From Candidatus Bathyarchaeota archaeon (lineage in GTDB: Archaea; Thermoproteota; Bathyarchaeia; Bathyarchaeales; Bathycorpusculaceae), in contig CAWDYC010000003.1 in assembly GCA_963806535.1 (NCBI GenBank), positions 96,001-160,000 of the forward strand: 64,000 nucleotides of DNA. The letters are read 5' to 3'. The position numbers and the translations under genes were made by a program. The notes beneath the pieces were generated by a model. That model saw nothing but the letters and a program-made list of their open reading frames with translations, was not told the origin of the DNA and searched no databases. Below are positions 42,331 through 52,750 of this stretch, piece after piece; position 1 is the stretch's first letter, and each line of letters begins with the position of its first letter.

Positions 42331-42751
42331 CAAGCAAACAGTTGCAGTAATTGCATAAGAAGCTTTTTCCAAAATACTTGTTGACTTTTTTTTGAATTTA
42401 ATATTTTGAAAAAGCTTAGCCAGGCATACTTGAATGTAGAATAAACGTCGGCAAAAGCGAATTCGGACCTTGTGAACCTTTCAATATGTCTTCTGCGATC
42501 GAATAAGAAAATAGGTCAAACACAAACAATTGATATTATTAGACTTATGTAAACTAAAAACAGAAAAGTTTTCCTCTTTTGGGCTTAAGTATATTTAAGC
42601 TACCCTTAAAGTAAATGATATTTTTGTAAAAGATTTTTTCTAATATATGTTTGGATATTTTGCTGTCTATTTAATTAATAGCAAATGGGTAACAAGTTAG
42701 TAAATAGGTATTAAGCAAATTAGGTGAACCCCGAAAAGGAAGCGAGAGAAA

Positions 42752-45700
42752 GTGAAGCAATTAAGCAGTGGATTAATCTATGTTTGCTTTTTTTTACTCC
42801 TTTTTGCAACCATAGCTTCGCCCATGCTTTGTACAACATTCGCTTACTCGAGGGACAATAGGGAATCATCAAATAATTCAAAGGTGCCAGCTCCAACAAT
42901 TCCTCGTCCTCCTCCAATTAATTCAAATACCCTTTCAATGGGACCAAATGGGCAGCAAGTCAACGTTTATTCTACTTATACTGGTGAGCCAGCACCAATG
43001 GGAATAGCAGACTATGGTGTCGGGCAAAATGGTGCTTATCAATATAATACCAGTAGCTTTACCGGAATTATATCTATCAATTCTCTTGCAACCAAAACTT
43101 CATCAAATGATTCTTCTATGGGAATTCAATTAAACGTTAATCTTGCGTTTACTAGCAATGGAAAACAATACGTTTACTGGGTTCAAAATGTTGTATGCAT
43201 AGATACATCAACAAATACTATTGACTATTTTGAAAATAACATTTGGAATACTTCTGCACGTTCAGCTGGAATGAGCAATTCTGGCATAGTTGGAAATGGT
43301 CAAGTTTGGAAATCTCAATATTACGCCGTTGAAGCAAGTTCGTCATTGCCAGGAAGTTCGGCTGTTCTTCAGTATCCAGCCACTATTATTCTAAATGTTA
43401 CTTGCGGGATTAATTTTGGAGGACAACCAACCGTGAGTTTCTCTTATAATGATGGTTATGGATTGGAAACCTATGATACGGTGGCATTCATAACAAATTA
43501 TCCAATTACGACGTTTAGCGGTTTTGTAGTTAACGGTTACAATTATAATCCTACTGGCTATTTGTTCTATGATTCTGAGTTGATAATAGGAGGACCGGGA
43601 GACGGTGCCAATACCCAATTACTTCAGTCAAACGTGCGATTACAGTTGGAATATTGGAATGGCCAGAATTATCAATTGTTAAGAAATGCCTATAATTTTG
43701 GTAGCGACACAGCTGAAGGAATCAGCAACACACTCTCTCAATTATACTATTATTCTAGCACCGGTAGCATCTTTGCGATGATTCAGAACGGGTCGGGTTC
43801 ACTAAACAAACTTTACGATCAATCAACTATGGGCATTATTGACATTAAATCGATTTTAATATCCGGCACTTTGTACGTGACCAATGCCACTTATTCAAAC
43901 GCCGTTCCATGGCAAATTCCATTCATTAATGGAGAAGTAGCAATCACTATTGTTCCAGGTAGGTATAACCTGCAATTATACCAAAACGGAGTACTTTACT
44001 GTCAGGCAAACGCCACAGTAACTGGCGGGCAAACCATCTCTCTCCAAACAACCTCTGTGACATTGGTGCCTGCAGGGGCATCAACTGCTGTTTCCGGCAC
44101 CAATTACTTTACCGTCTCGTACACGTTAAACGGGCAACAACAATTTACCAGTGCCCAAAATAATTCCCTTGTATTAATTATTGATAGTAGTACTTCGGTT
44201 GATGTATCTGGGATTTCTTCAGGATCGAATGCAACTGAAGAATGGACCTTGGATTCATTTGGACCTTTGGGTTATTGGGATGCACTTATTCCTGCCGGAT
44301 CGAATGCCACTCTTTACTATTATGACACCCTCAGCCAGCAGGTAGCCTACACAATATCAGGCAGCGGAAACCCAGCGCCCCCAATATTAACTTACAATAC
44401 AGCTCCTGCCACACCCTCTTCACAATTGAACACCTCAATTAATGCTACCACCTTATCGGGAAATTCTCAAACAATAATGGCGTTACGAGGAACAACTGTG
44501 TCTATTACCAATAGTATTTTAGGAACTTCTCAAGACCAATGGGGTACTCCAATATCTACTTGGAACGTTTCACAAGCAAACCAAATTCCCAGTCTCTTAA
44601 CCTATTACCATCAATATCAATTCACTACGAGCTACGCGACCCCCGATAATTCAACACCCTCGTCTCCACCTTTGCTATCAGGAACACAATTTGGTTCATC
44701 TTGCCAAATGTCTCTTACTAACACACTTCTGGTAATTTGGTTAGATGAAAATACGCAATGGTCAATCTCTGATATTGTTATAGCTCCATCAGGAACTGAG
44801 CAGTGGATTCAGACCGCGGATCCCTCAACTTCTGGCACCATAACACAATCAGTTATTACTCCAAATTTGCTTTATTTCCATCAGTACTATTTGTTAGTGA
44901 CTTCTGCACAATCGAATATAGCAACTTCAGGTTCAGGATGGTATAACGCTGAAAGTACAGCTTATGCTGGCTTAGCCTCTGGAACGGCAACAGGTGGAGC
45001 AGGAACTCAATATGTATTTGATTCGTGGAGCACAGGCGGAATTAACTACCAACAAAGCAACACCATAATTATGAATGGGACAGTTACTGCTGCGGCAAAC
45101 TGGAACAAACAGTACTATTTGACTGTAAATTCGCCTTATGGGTTGTCATCGGGTTCTGGATGGTACAACAGCGGAAGTAATGCTCAAGCTGCACTATTAA
45201 CTAATATAGTAAGTGGTAATTCAGGCACCCAATACGTCTTTTCGGGTTGGACAGGCGATGCTTCAGGCTCAGACATATCTTCAAACCTCATAAGCATGAA
45301 TTCACCTAAGATTGCGATAGCTACTTGGATGACACAATATCAATTAACGCTCGAAGTAAACCCTTCAGGTTGTGGGTCAACTACTCCGACAGGCGGCAAT
45401 TTATGGGTAACTGCGGGTCCACTTTTAATAAGCACCTCGCCAAATTCAGGTTACTCGTTTTTGCAATGGACAGCTAACAGTGGCTCAATTACCTTTGCCA
45501 ACGGTAATTCCTACTCCACAACGGCAAATGTAAATGGACCAGGCATAATTACGGCGTCAATGGCGCTTACTCCCACGCCAACACCTCAACCAACTCCAAC
45601 CCCTACTCCAAGTCCCACATTAACGCCTGTTCAACATTCATCATCTTCCTCAACTTCATCATCGACAGCAACACCGACGACATCAGCTAATGTTTCTCCA

Positions 45701-45817
45701 TCGCCTTCGTCTACCCCTACCGTGCCCGAATTCCCACCAACCTTGGTAATTACAATAATGTTGATAGCAGTGGCAACCTCATTATCCTACGAGATTAAAC
45801 GTTACGGAAAACATTAA
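42752..45817 (+). CDS. Thermopsin-family (peptidase A5) surface protease
   Basis: Signal peptide, PAPMGIADYG, QLNVNL, YWVQNV, DSELIIGG, GSDTAE; repeats, Pro/Thr linker, VPEF plus hydrophobic helix and basic tail. Confidence 0.85.
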   Translation: MKQLSSGLIYVCFFLLLFATIASPMLCTTFAYSRDNRESSNNSKVPAPTIPRPPPINSNTLSMGPNGQQVNVYSTYTGEPAPMGIADYGVGQNGAYQYNTSSFTGIISINSLATKTSSNDSSMGIQLNVNLAFTSNGKQYVYWVQNVVCIDTSTNTIDYFENNIWNTSARSAGMSNSGIVGNGQVWKSQYYAVEASSSLPGSSAVLQYPATIILNVTCGINFGGQPTVSFSYNDGYGLETYDTVAFITNYPITTFSGFVVNGYNYNPTGYLFYDSELIIGGPGDGANTQLLQSNVRLQLEYWNGQNYQLLRNAYNFGSDTAEGISNTLSQLYYYSSTGSIFAMIQNGSGSLNKLYDQSTMGIIDIKSILISGTLYVTNATYSNAVPWQIPFINGEVAITIVPGRYNLQLYQNGVLYCQANATVTGGQTISLQTTSVTLVPAGASTAVSGTNYFTVSYTLNGQQQFTSAQNNSLVLIIDSSTSVDVSGISSGSNATEEWTLDSFGPLGYWDALIPAGSNATLYYYDTLSQQVAYTISGSGNPAPPILTYNTAPATPSSQLNTSINATTLSGNSQTIMALRGTTVSITNSILGTSQDQWGTPISTWNVSQANQIPSLLTYYHQYQFTTSYATPDNSTPSSPPLLSGTQFGSSCQMSLTNTLLVIWLDENTQWSISDIVIAPSGTEQWIQTADPSTSGTITQSVITPNLLYFHQYYLLVTSAQSNIATSGSGWYNAESTAYAGLASGTATGGAGTQYVFDSWSTGGINYQQSNTIIMNGTVTAAANWNKQYYLTVNSPYGLSSGSGWYNSGSNAQAALLTNIVSGNSGTQYVFSGWTGDASGSDISSNLISMNSPKIAIATWMTQYQLTLEVNPSGCGSTTPTGGNLWVTAGPLLISTSPNSGYSFLQWTANSGSITFANGNSYSTTANVNGPGIITASMALTPTPTPQPTPTPTPSPTLTPVQHSSSSSTSSSTATPTTSANVSPSPSSTPTVPEFPPTLVITIMLIAVATSLSYEIKRYGKH

Positions 45818-46063
45818 CGGTGTTGCGGATTTTAGTATCAGTAAAGTAAACTTACAACTCCTAAATCAAGTTGATTTTTCAAAAACGAAAGTGGAATCGG
45901 TGATTCTTTAACAAATCAAAAAGGTGATTTGGTAGCAGACTTTAGAATCTAGTGACCTTTTCAAAAGAGAATAGTCAATAAGAGTCTATCTCAAGTAGTA
46001 ATCTAAGAAGCTCATTAAAAAATTCGGAGAAAAAAATAAACAAGTAATGGTGAGGCACTTTCG

Positions 46064-46699
46064 TTGTCTAAGAAATTTAACTTAACGGATAATTCGACAA
46101 TTTTGTTTCAGGGCGACAGCATTACAGATTCAGGAAGAAAAAGCAAACACAACGAATCACTCGGGGACGGATACGTCATGATGACAGCGGCATGGCTGTC
46201 TGCATTACATCCTGAATATTATCTCAAATTCATCAATCGTGGAATTGGTGGAAATCGAGTTAGCGACTTAAGAGGTCGTTGGAAAAAAGACTGTTTAGAT
46301 CTTAAACCAAATTTGGTCTCAATACTGATAGGTGTAAACGATCTCGGTTTACCTTTTTGGAAAGGCCCAACTCCCTCAGAAAGCTTCCAAACGGATTACA
46401 AGACCATTCTAGAACAAACCCGGCAGCTAAAATGCCAAATCGTACTGCTAGAGCCATTTCTGGTTCATTCCCACCAGGACTTTCTAGAAGCGACTGAAGA
46501 GTTGAACAAAAAAATAGAAATAGTTAGAGAACTAGCCCAAGAATTTGAAACCAAGTTAATTCCATTAAATGACATTTTCATGAAAGCCTGTGTCAAGCGG
46601 GCACCCTCATTTTGGGCGCTTGATGGAGTCCATCCAACTCTCTTTGGACACGCTTTGATTGCACAATCTTGGACAAAAGGCGTTATTGAGGAACTGTAA
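46064..46699 (+). CDS. SGNH/GDSL hydrolase
   Basis: FQGDSITD, NRGIGG, GVND, DGVHP. Confidence 0.92.
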   Translation: MSKKFNLTDNSTILFQGDSITDSGRKSKHNESLGDGYVMMTAAWLSALHPEYYLKFINRGIGGNRVSDLRGRWKKDCLDLKPNLVSILIGVNDLGLPFWKGPTPSESFQTDYKTILEQTRQLKCQIVLLEPFLVHSHQDFLEATEELNKKIEIVRELAQEFETKLIPLNDIFMKACVKRAPSFWALDGVHPTLFGHALIAQSWTKGVIEEL

Positions 46700-46769
46700 A
46701 GTTTTTATCGATAGAGTTTAGGTGAAATTTCACGGCGCGCTAATCAATTCTATAGCAAAAAGTCGAAAG

Positions 46770-46815
46770 TGGAGCCGTCGGCGGGATTTGAACCAACAAC
46801 CCTTTACCTTCCAAG
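46770..46815 (-). repeat. Degenerate copy of the tRNA-Thr 3' half (att-like)
   Basis: tggagccgtcggcgggatttgaaccaacaaccctttaccttccaag aligns with 49830-49875. Confidence 0.8.
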
Positions 46816-46831
46816 ATGGCTACCACGCTGC

Positions 46832-48998
46832 CTAACTTTCTTTGAATTGAGATAATCTAAAAGAAGGTTGGTCGGGAAGTTGATTGGAACTGGAGTGTCG
46901 ACGCTTTATTAGGAGCACTACGATCACAAACACGATAACAACAACTATTACAACTGCAACGATAGGCAATAACAAAGAGTTGCTATTGGCGGACACCACA
47001 CTTTTGTTTGAAAGACTCAACGTCATGTTAACTGGCAGACCAGTAAAGTTGATTGCCTTGTTCATCTGCTCATACCCATCTTTCACTATACTGAAAGAAT
47101 ATTGTCCAACAGTAACATTTGTGAATGTAACGTAACCTGTCGAGTTCGTAATGTCTGAGAGTATTTCTGTTCCTGTCGGTTGGGTTGTTGAAGAAACAGT
47201 TGCATCGCTTAAGGGATTGCTGTTATAGTCTTCGATGCGTAATTGAATTGTTCCTGCGCTGTTGTCAGACCAGATGTTTCGTTCTGAACTTTGGTTGTTG
47301 GTTGGCGTTGGGTAGATGGTGACGGAGTTGCAGTTGGAGGGGGCTGGACGGTTACTTGTGTAGTGGCTTGGGAGGTCACGTACCCAGTTTTTGTGGCGCT
47401 GGCTGTAATTGTGCAGGTTGTTGCTTTTGTGAAGCTTGGTGCTGTAAAGTTCGTTTGTAGGATCCGTTTCCTATGATCTGTTGTCGATGTAAATGTTCCA
47501 CCGTTGTCTGATGTGAATTGCACCGTGGCTCCTGTTACAGCGGTGCCGTCTGCAGTTATGTAAACTATGACATCTGTTTTTTGTCCGTTGTTGATGGTTG
47601 ATTGGGATGCTGTTGCCGAGACTTGTATGGGTAAGAAATCAATTGTGTAAGTTGTTACTGTGCCTTGACCAGTTGTATAGCTTGAAGCTTGAGCCGTGAT
47701 TGTTGTTGCTCCTGCTGTATTAGTTACGGTGATGGTTCCGGTCGCTTGTGTTTGACCGAAGGGAATTGTTAGTGTTGAGCCAACGGTGCCCACTGTTGGC
47801 TGTGATGAAAATAGATTTATATTTACGTCTGCTTGCGGGTCTTTTGCCGGTCTCCCCTGTGAATCTTGAAGTTGTACTTGTACTGATTGGTAAGTACCTT
47901 TGTCCGATGGAAGAAGTGATGGCGAACAGTAAACTGCTAACTTGGACGGGAGTAAAACCAGTTGTTGTTATTGCTTGTTGGCCTCCTCGACAGGTTTGTA
48001 GCTACAGCTGTTATTGTTGTGGTGCCCGGCTTGTATGTTGTATTCAAAGTTGCTAGTGCGTAGGTTTGATTTGCAGGGATGGTTATTTGTGAGTCTATTT
48101 GACCAACAGTCGGGTCAGATGACGCCATGGAGACAATTGTGTCTGACGGAATTGTTGATGTCAAGCCTGTTCCCATTCTGCAGTTCGATAGCAATTTGTG
48201 GGCACGAGTTATCGTCTGCAGGAACTTGCAGAGGGTCCGACAAATATTTTGACCAGAGATGGATTTGAAGCCACTGGTGTTGTAGTGATTGTAAGCTGTT
48301 GCGATGTATATCCTTGGGCTACAGTTGTAATAATAGCTGATTGAAAGTTTGTATTATTTTGCCTTGTCGTGAAGTTAGCGGTAGCAAAAGTTTTTCCTTC
48401 GGGAATTATGACATTTTGAGTGACGTTTCCAACCTTGCCATCTGAACATGATAATGTTACCGGCACGCCTCCTTTGGGCGCTTTTGCTGGAGAACCGTTT
48501 GAATCTTGAAGTTGAACCATTATGGCGTTATACGTATTGCCGTCGGCTGGTAGAGTTGATGGAAATCCATAAATTGCTACCGCGTTGGGGATTGGTCCAA
48601 TGGTGGTGATTGAAGCTTGTACGGTTGCGTAGCCTGTTGCTGAAGCAGAAATCGCGGTTGTTCCTGGAGAAAATGTTGAGGAGAAACTTGCTGAGGCATA
48701 TGTTGCTCCTTTAGGTATGATTATTGACGGATTTACGGTTCCTATGTTTGTGAGGGAGGATGAGAGGCTTATAGTTGTGTCTTGCATTGCCCTTGCAGGT
48801 TTTCCAGTAGAGTCTTGTAATTGCACGAAAATGCAGTTGTATGTATTGTTGTCTGCCAAAAACACTAGTCGGACCTATAAAAATTTTGAGACTTGCTGGA
48901 TCAGTTGGTGCTGCAAGAGAAGTGTTTTCGTTAATTATAATAAACGCGGATGACACAAAAGCTAAAATTAATATAAACTGTGCAATTTTTTTCAGCAA
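46832..48998 (-). CDS. Large Ser/Thr-rich cell-surface protein with Ig-like repeats, multiple frameshifts
   Basis: Signal peptide, repeated VQLQD-S-G-PA motifs, C-terminal hydrophobic helix plus KRR. Confidence 0.72.
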
Positions 48999-49245
48999 TA
49001 TTTCTCACCTTATGCTTTGATTCGCATACGTTTCAATTTGTCCCGTTTAATTTAGGCTAAGGATGAGCCTTAAGTATATTGTGTATTAATACATATTACA
49101 CGTAAGTGTTGAACAGATTTACAATTAACCACCAAAAAATTACCTCTAAAATAACAAATTCTAACAGTTATGAATAGATGGGGAAAATGTTGGTCAACGG
49201 ACAAAATACCCCTAAGAAAAATATACCCTTTGACAAAAGCGAAAG

Positions 49246-49291
49246 TGGAGCGTTCGGTGGGATTTCGACCCCCAACCATTACCTTACTAAG
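49246..49291 (-). repeat. Degenerate copy of the tRNA-Thr 3' half (att-like)
   Basis: 40/46 identical to 49830-49875 by manual alignment. Confidence 0.85.
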
Positions 49292-49385
49292 ATATAAGAG
49301 ATTATTTTCAGGTTTGATTAAATATCCTTTCATCGTTAAAGTTTATATGATTTAGGATATCTCTTTTAATGCGAGAGGGGAATTT

Positions 49386-49609
49386 ATGGTTGAAATTAAG
49401 GGTAGAAAGTTTACAGTAATCCTTAGGGAAGAATCCGAAGGCGGATATTCTGCTCAATGTGTCGAACTTCCAGGAGTAATAAGTCAAGGCGAAAATCGTA
49501 AGGAAACTCTTTCCAACATAAAAGAAGCTATCGAAGGCTACTTGGAAGCTTTCCCGAAGAACTTGACCAGCTTAAGCGGAAAAGAGAACTGGTGGAGATA
49601 ACTGTCTGA
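49386..49609 (+). CDS. hicB: HicB-family antitoxin, frameshift near the 3' end
   Basis: EGGYSAQCVELPGVISQGENRKETLSNIKEAI. Confidence 0.88.
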
Positions 49610-49826
49610 AAAGCTACCCTCCGTTTCTTGGCGGAAAGTTATTAAAGTTCTAACAACAGCTGGATTCAAAGCAGTGAGCCAGAAAGGCAGCCACATATTT
49701 TTAACTGATGGCAAACACAAGCTAACGGTTTCCCGTCATGACCCTATAAAGAAAGGCACACTTCTCGCCATTATTCAGCAAGCAGGTTTGACCAAAGAAG
49801 AATTTCTTGAATTAATGGAAAAGTAG
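49602..49826 (+). CDS. hicA: HicA-family toxin, CTG start (absent from ORF track)
   Basis: KLPSVSWRKVIKVL...GF...QKGSH...KGTLLAIIQQAGLTKEEF. Confidence 0.88.
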   Translation: MSEKLPSVSWRKVIKVLTTAGFKAVSQKGSHIFLTDGKHKLTVSRHDPIKKGTLLAIIQQAGLTKEEFLELMEK

Positions 49827-49829
49827 GAG

Positions 49830-49906
49830 TGGAGCCTTCGGCGGGATTTGGACCCGCGACCATTACCTTACCAAGGTAACGCCCCACCGGGCTAGGCTAC
49901 GAAGGC
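49830..49906 (-). tRNA. tRNA-Thr(GGT)
   Basis: GCCTTCG...CGAAGGC-T-CCA; anticodon arm TTACC-TTGGTAA-GGTAA; T-loop reads TCCAAAT. Confidence 0.93.
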
Positions 49907-50030
49907 ACATGTTGCTGTTACCGTGAAAGAACTGCTTCTTTGCAATAAAACGGTTACGGTTGATGCTTCAAAAAAATGCTTCGGCGATTTTGCCTTTTTT
50001 GTTGTGGTAGTCATTTTTTTCTGGAGCTTT

Positions 50031-50141
50031 TTGGACTTTTTCAGACCTTTTGGGACGAAATGGGACTTTTTGAGACGGAACAAGACGGATCCAGACAAAA
50101 AGGGACGAATTGGGACAAATTTAGACGCAACCTGCAAACAA
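50031..50141. repeat. 10-bp-period GAC array 1 (10 units)
   Basis: GAC at 50034, 50044 ... 50124, ending GACgcAACCTGCAAACAA. Confidence 0.85.
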
Positions 50142-50270
50142 AAAAAGACCTGAATCAAAAAAGAAGCCCAAAACAACTTGAACAAAATTTCGGCAAACCT
50201 GCAGTTGTTTTGGCATTATGAGTGGAATCTGCGAAAAAACAAAATACGTCCTCTTCTTTTGCCATTATTT

Positions 50271-50388
50271 GACGTTTGAACTTTTGAGATGACTTTTAGT
50301 GACTTTCTGTGACTTTAGGTGACTTTAGGTGACTTTTAGTGACTTGTGATGACTTCGTATGACTTTTGGTGACTTAACCTGCAAACAA
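50271..50388. repeat. 10-bp-period TGACTT array 2 (9 consecutive units)
   Basis: GACTT at 50291 ... 50371, plus in-phase GAC at 50271, ending GACttAACCTGCAAACAA. Confidence 0.9.
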
Positions 50389-50514
50389 TTCAAGCTTCAA
50401 ATCAAAAAAGCAACTTAAAACACAAAGAAAAAATTTGCACAAACAAAACAAATCGCAGTTCTTAGTTAAAGACATAATAAGATAAAGAAGGTTAAGTCAA
50501 AAGATGACTTGTGT

Positions 50515-51939
50515 TTATTTCTTGTTTGTTAGGTATTCGTGCATTGCTTTTGCTGCGCGTTTGCCTGCTCCCATTGCGCTTATGACGGTTGCTGCTCCTG
50601 TTGCCACGTCTCCGCCTGCGTAAACTCCGTCAAGGCTGGTTTTGCCAACTTCGTTAACGCATATGGTTCCGTGTCTTGGGTCGCTTTGTAAGCCGTCTGT
50701 GGTTCGCTGTATGATGGGGTTTGGAGTTTGGCCGATAGCAATGATTACTGTGTCAACATCCATAGTGAATTCTGAACCTGGAACTTCTTTTACGCCTCTT
50801 CTGCCTTTTGCATCAGGCTCAGTGAGTTCCATTGCGATGCATTTCATGCTTTTAAGCCAGCCGCTTTCATCACCGTAAAACTCAATTGGTGCACCAAGAA
50901 ACTTGCAGACCAAGCCCTCTTCTTCTGCGTTTTCAACTTCTTCATGTCGTGCAGGTAATTCTGCACGTGATCGCCGGTAGAGTAAGCATACTTCTGAGCC
51001 AAGCCGCATGCTGCTTCTTGCGCAGTCCATGGCTACGTTTCCGCCGCCAATGACAACTACTTTTTTGCCAATACGTATTGGAGTGTCATATTCTGGGAAC
51101 TGGAATGCTTTCATGAGGTTAACGCGGATGAGGAATTCGTTTGCTGAGTAGACTCCGCCAAGGTTTTCTCCTGGGCAACCGGTGAACTGGGGTAAACCTG
51201 CACCGCTACCAATGAATACTGCATCATATCCATTTTTCATAAGCTCGGGAATAGTGTGAATACGTCCGACCAAGTTGCCAAGACGTAGGTCAACACCCAA
51301 TTTTTGGATATAAGATACTTCATTTTGCACGATGGCTTTTGGCAAACGAAATTCTGGAATACCATAAGAGAGTACTCCGCCGCCAACATGCAGGGCTTCA
51401 AACATTGTTATTTCGTGACCAAGCTTAACAAGGTCCGCTGCAACTGTTAATCCAGCTGGCCCAGCTCCGACTACTGCTACTTTTTTGCCTGTTGCCGGAG
51501 CCTTAGGAGGAAGAGCATAACCGTTGTCACGTTCCCAATCTGCAAGAAACCGTTCTAACCGTCCGATGCTGAGTGGCTCACCCATTTTGCCGATAACACA
51601 TTTACTTTGACACTGCACTTCCTGAGGACAAACACGTCCACAAACCGCCGGCAACGCATTTTTGGCTTTAATGGTGGCGATGCCTTCAGCATATTTCTTT
51701 TCTCGGATGCATTTGATAAACTGTGGAATAGGCACTTCAACTGGACATCCAGTTTTACATTGAGGATTTGGACACTGCAAACATCGACTGGCCTCTTCTT
51801 GCGCTTCTGCCTCATTATATCCTAAAGCAACTTCGCTAAAGTTTTTAACCCGATCTTTAGGCTCTTGTTTACCCATTTCAACGGCTTTCTTATTTAATTT
51901 AGGCTTAGGCTTTGCTTCTGCCACATTTACAACCTCCAC
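50515..51939 (-). CDS. nfnB: NfnB/SudA large subunit (GltD-like flavoprotein)
   Basis: RCLQC, CGRVCPQE, GAGPAG, GGGNVAMD, GGDVATGAATV. Confidence 0.9.
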   Translation of the reverse strand: MEVVNVAEAKPKPKLNKKAVEMGKQEPKDRVKNFSEVALGYNEAEAQEEASRCLQCPNPQCKTGCPVEVPIPQFIKCIREKKYAEGIATIKAKNALPAVCGRVCPQEVQCQSKCVIGKMGEPLSIGRLERFLADWERDNGYALPPKAPATGKKVAVVGAGPAGLTVAADLVKLGHEITMFEALHVGGGVLSYGIPEFRLPKAIVQNEVSYIQKLGVDLRLGNLVGRIHTIPELMKNGYDAVFIGSGAGLPQFTGCPGENLGGVYSANEFLIRVNLMKAFQFPEYDTPIRIGKKVVVIGGGNVAMDCARSSMRLGSEVCLLYRRSRAELPARHEEVENAEEEGLVCKFLGAPIEFYGDESGWLKSMKCIAMELTEPDAKGRRGVKEVPGSEFTMDVDTVIIAIGQTPNPIIQRTTDGLQSDPRHGTICVNEVGKTSLDGVYAGGDVATGAATVISAMGAGKRAAKAMHEYLTNKK

Positions 51940-52750
51940 GCATTTCCCACAATACTGAACTTAACCTTTCCTCTGGCAACATTGTGCGTTGACGTAAAAT
52001 TAATCCGTCAAAATCAACTTTGTGACCGTCAAATTCTGGTCCATCCACACAGCCAAACATCATTTTTCCGTCAACTGTAACTCGGCAAACTCCGCACATG
52101 CCCATGCCGTCAATCATTATCGGTGTTGTTGTAACAATTGTTGGAATGCAGTAGGGCTTGGTGATTTCACTAATATCTTTCATCAAAATTACTGGTCCCA
52201 TTACTATGCAGCGGTCAAACTTTTCGTTTTTAAGTAAGTCTTTGAGGAAATCTAAGCCTTGGAAGCCTTGTGAACCGTCGTCTGTTGCAACGTAAACTTT
52301 GTCGCTTAGAGCTTTAGCTTCGTTTTCCATCATTATGAATTCTTTTGTTCGTGCTCCAAGAATTGTGGTGACTTTGTTTCCTGCTTCTTTCATGGCTTTA
52401 GCTTGAAGCAGTAGTGGTGCAATCATTACGCTTCCGCCGACGCAGAGAACTTTGCCGAAGTTCTTTACTTCAGAAGGATTGCCAAGTGGACCAGTAACAT
52501 TGTCGATGCATTCGCCTTCGTTTAGTAAGCCAAGTGATTTTGTGGTTTTGCCGACTTCATGGAAAGCAAACGACACTGTTCCTTTGGCGGTGTCGTATCC
52601 GCAGATTGTTAAGGGAATTCGTTCGCCTTCTTTGCCGTTTATGACTATTAGGAATTGTCCAGCTTGTGATTTAGCTGCAATGTCTGGAGCTTCAACTTCG
52701 AACAATTTTATTTTTGGAACAAGCTCTTTTTTGGATACTATTTTGTACGT
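51905..52750 (-). CDS. nfnA: NfnA/SudB small subunit (FAD/NAD-binding, 2Fe-2S)
   Basis: GERIPLT, GPLG, TDDGS, DGMGMCGVCRV, CVDGPEF; probable start is ACG at 52750. Confidence 0.9.
   Translation of the reverse strand, partial: TYKIVSKKELVPKIKLFEVEAPDIAAKSQAGQFLIVINGKEGERIPLTICGYDTAKGTVSFAFHEVGKTTKSLGLLNEGECIDNVTGPLGNPSEVKNFGKVLCVGGSVMIAPLLLQAKAMKEAGNKVTTILGARTKEFIMMENEAKALSDKVYVATDDGSQGFQGLDFLKDLLKNEKFDRCIVMGPVILMKDISEITKPYCIPTIVTTTPIMIDGMGMCGVCRVTVDGKMMFGCVDGPEFDGHKVDFDGLILRQRTMLPEERLSSVLWEMRGGCKCGRSKA

Noticed and set aside
49892-50221. Three overlapping ORFs across the repeat arrays
   Set aside because: A 10-bp period is not codon-compatible, the products are unrecognisable, and one overlaps the tRNA.
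50031-50388. CRISPR array interpretation of the GAC repeats
   Set aside because: Period is 10 bp with a 3-6 bp core; there are no 24-47 bp repeats with unique spacers and no cas genes.
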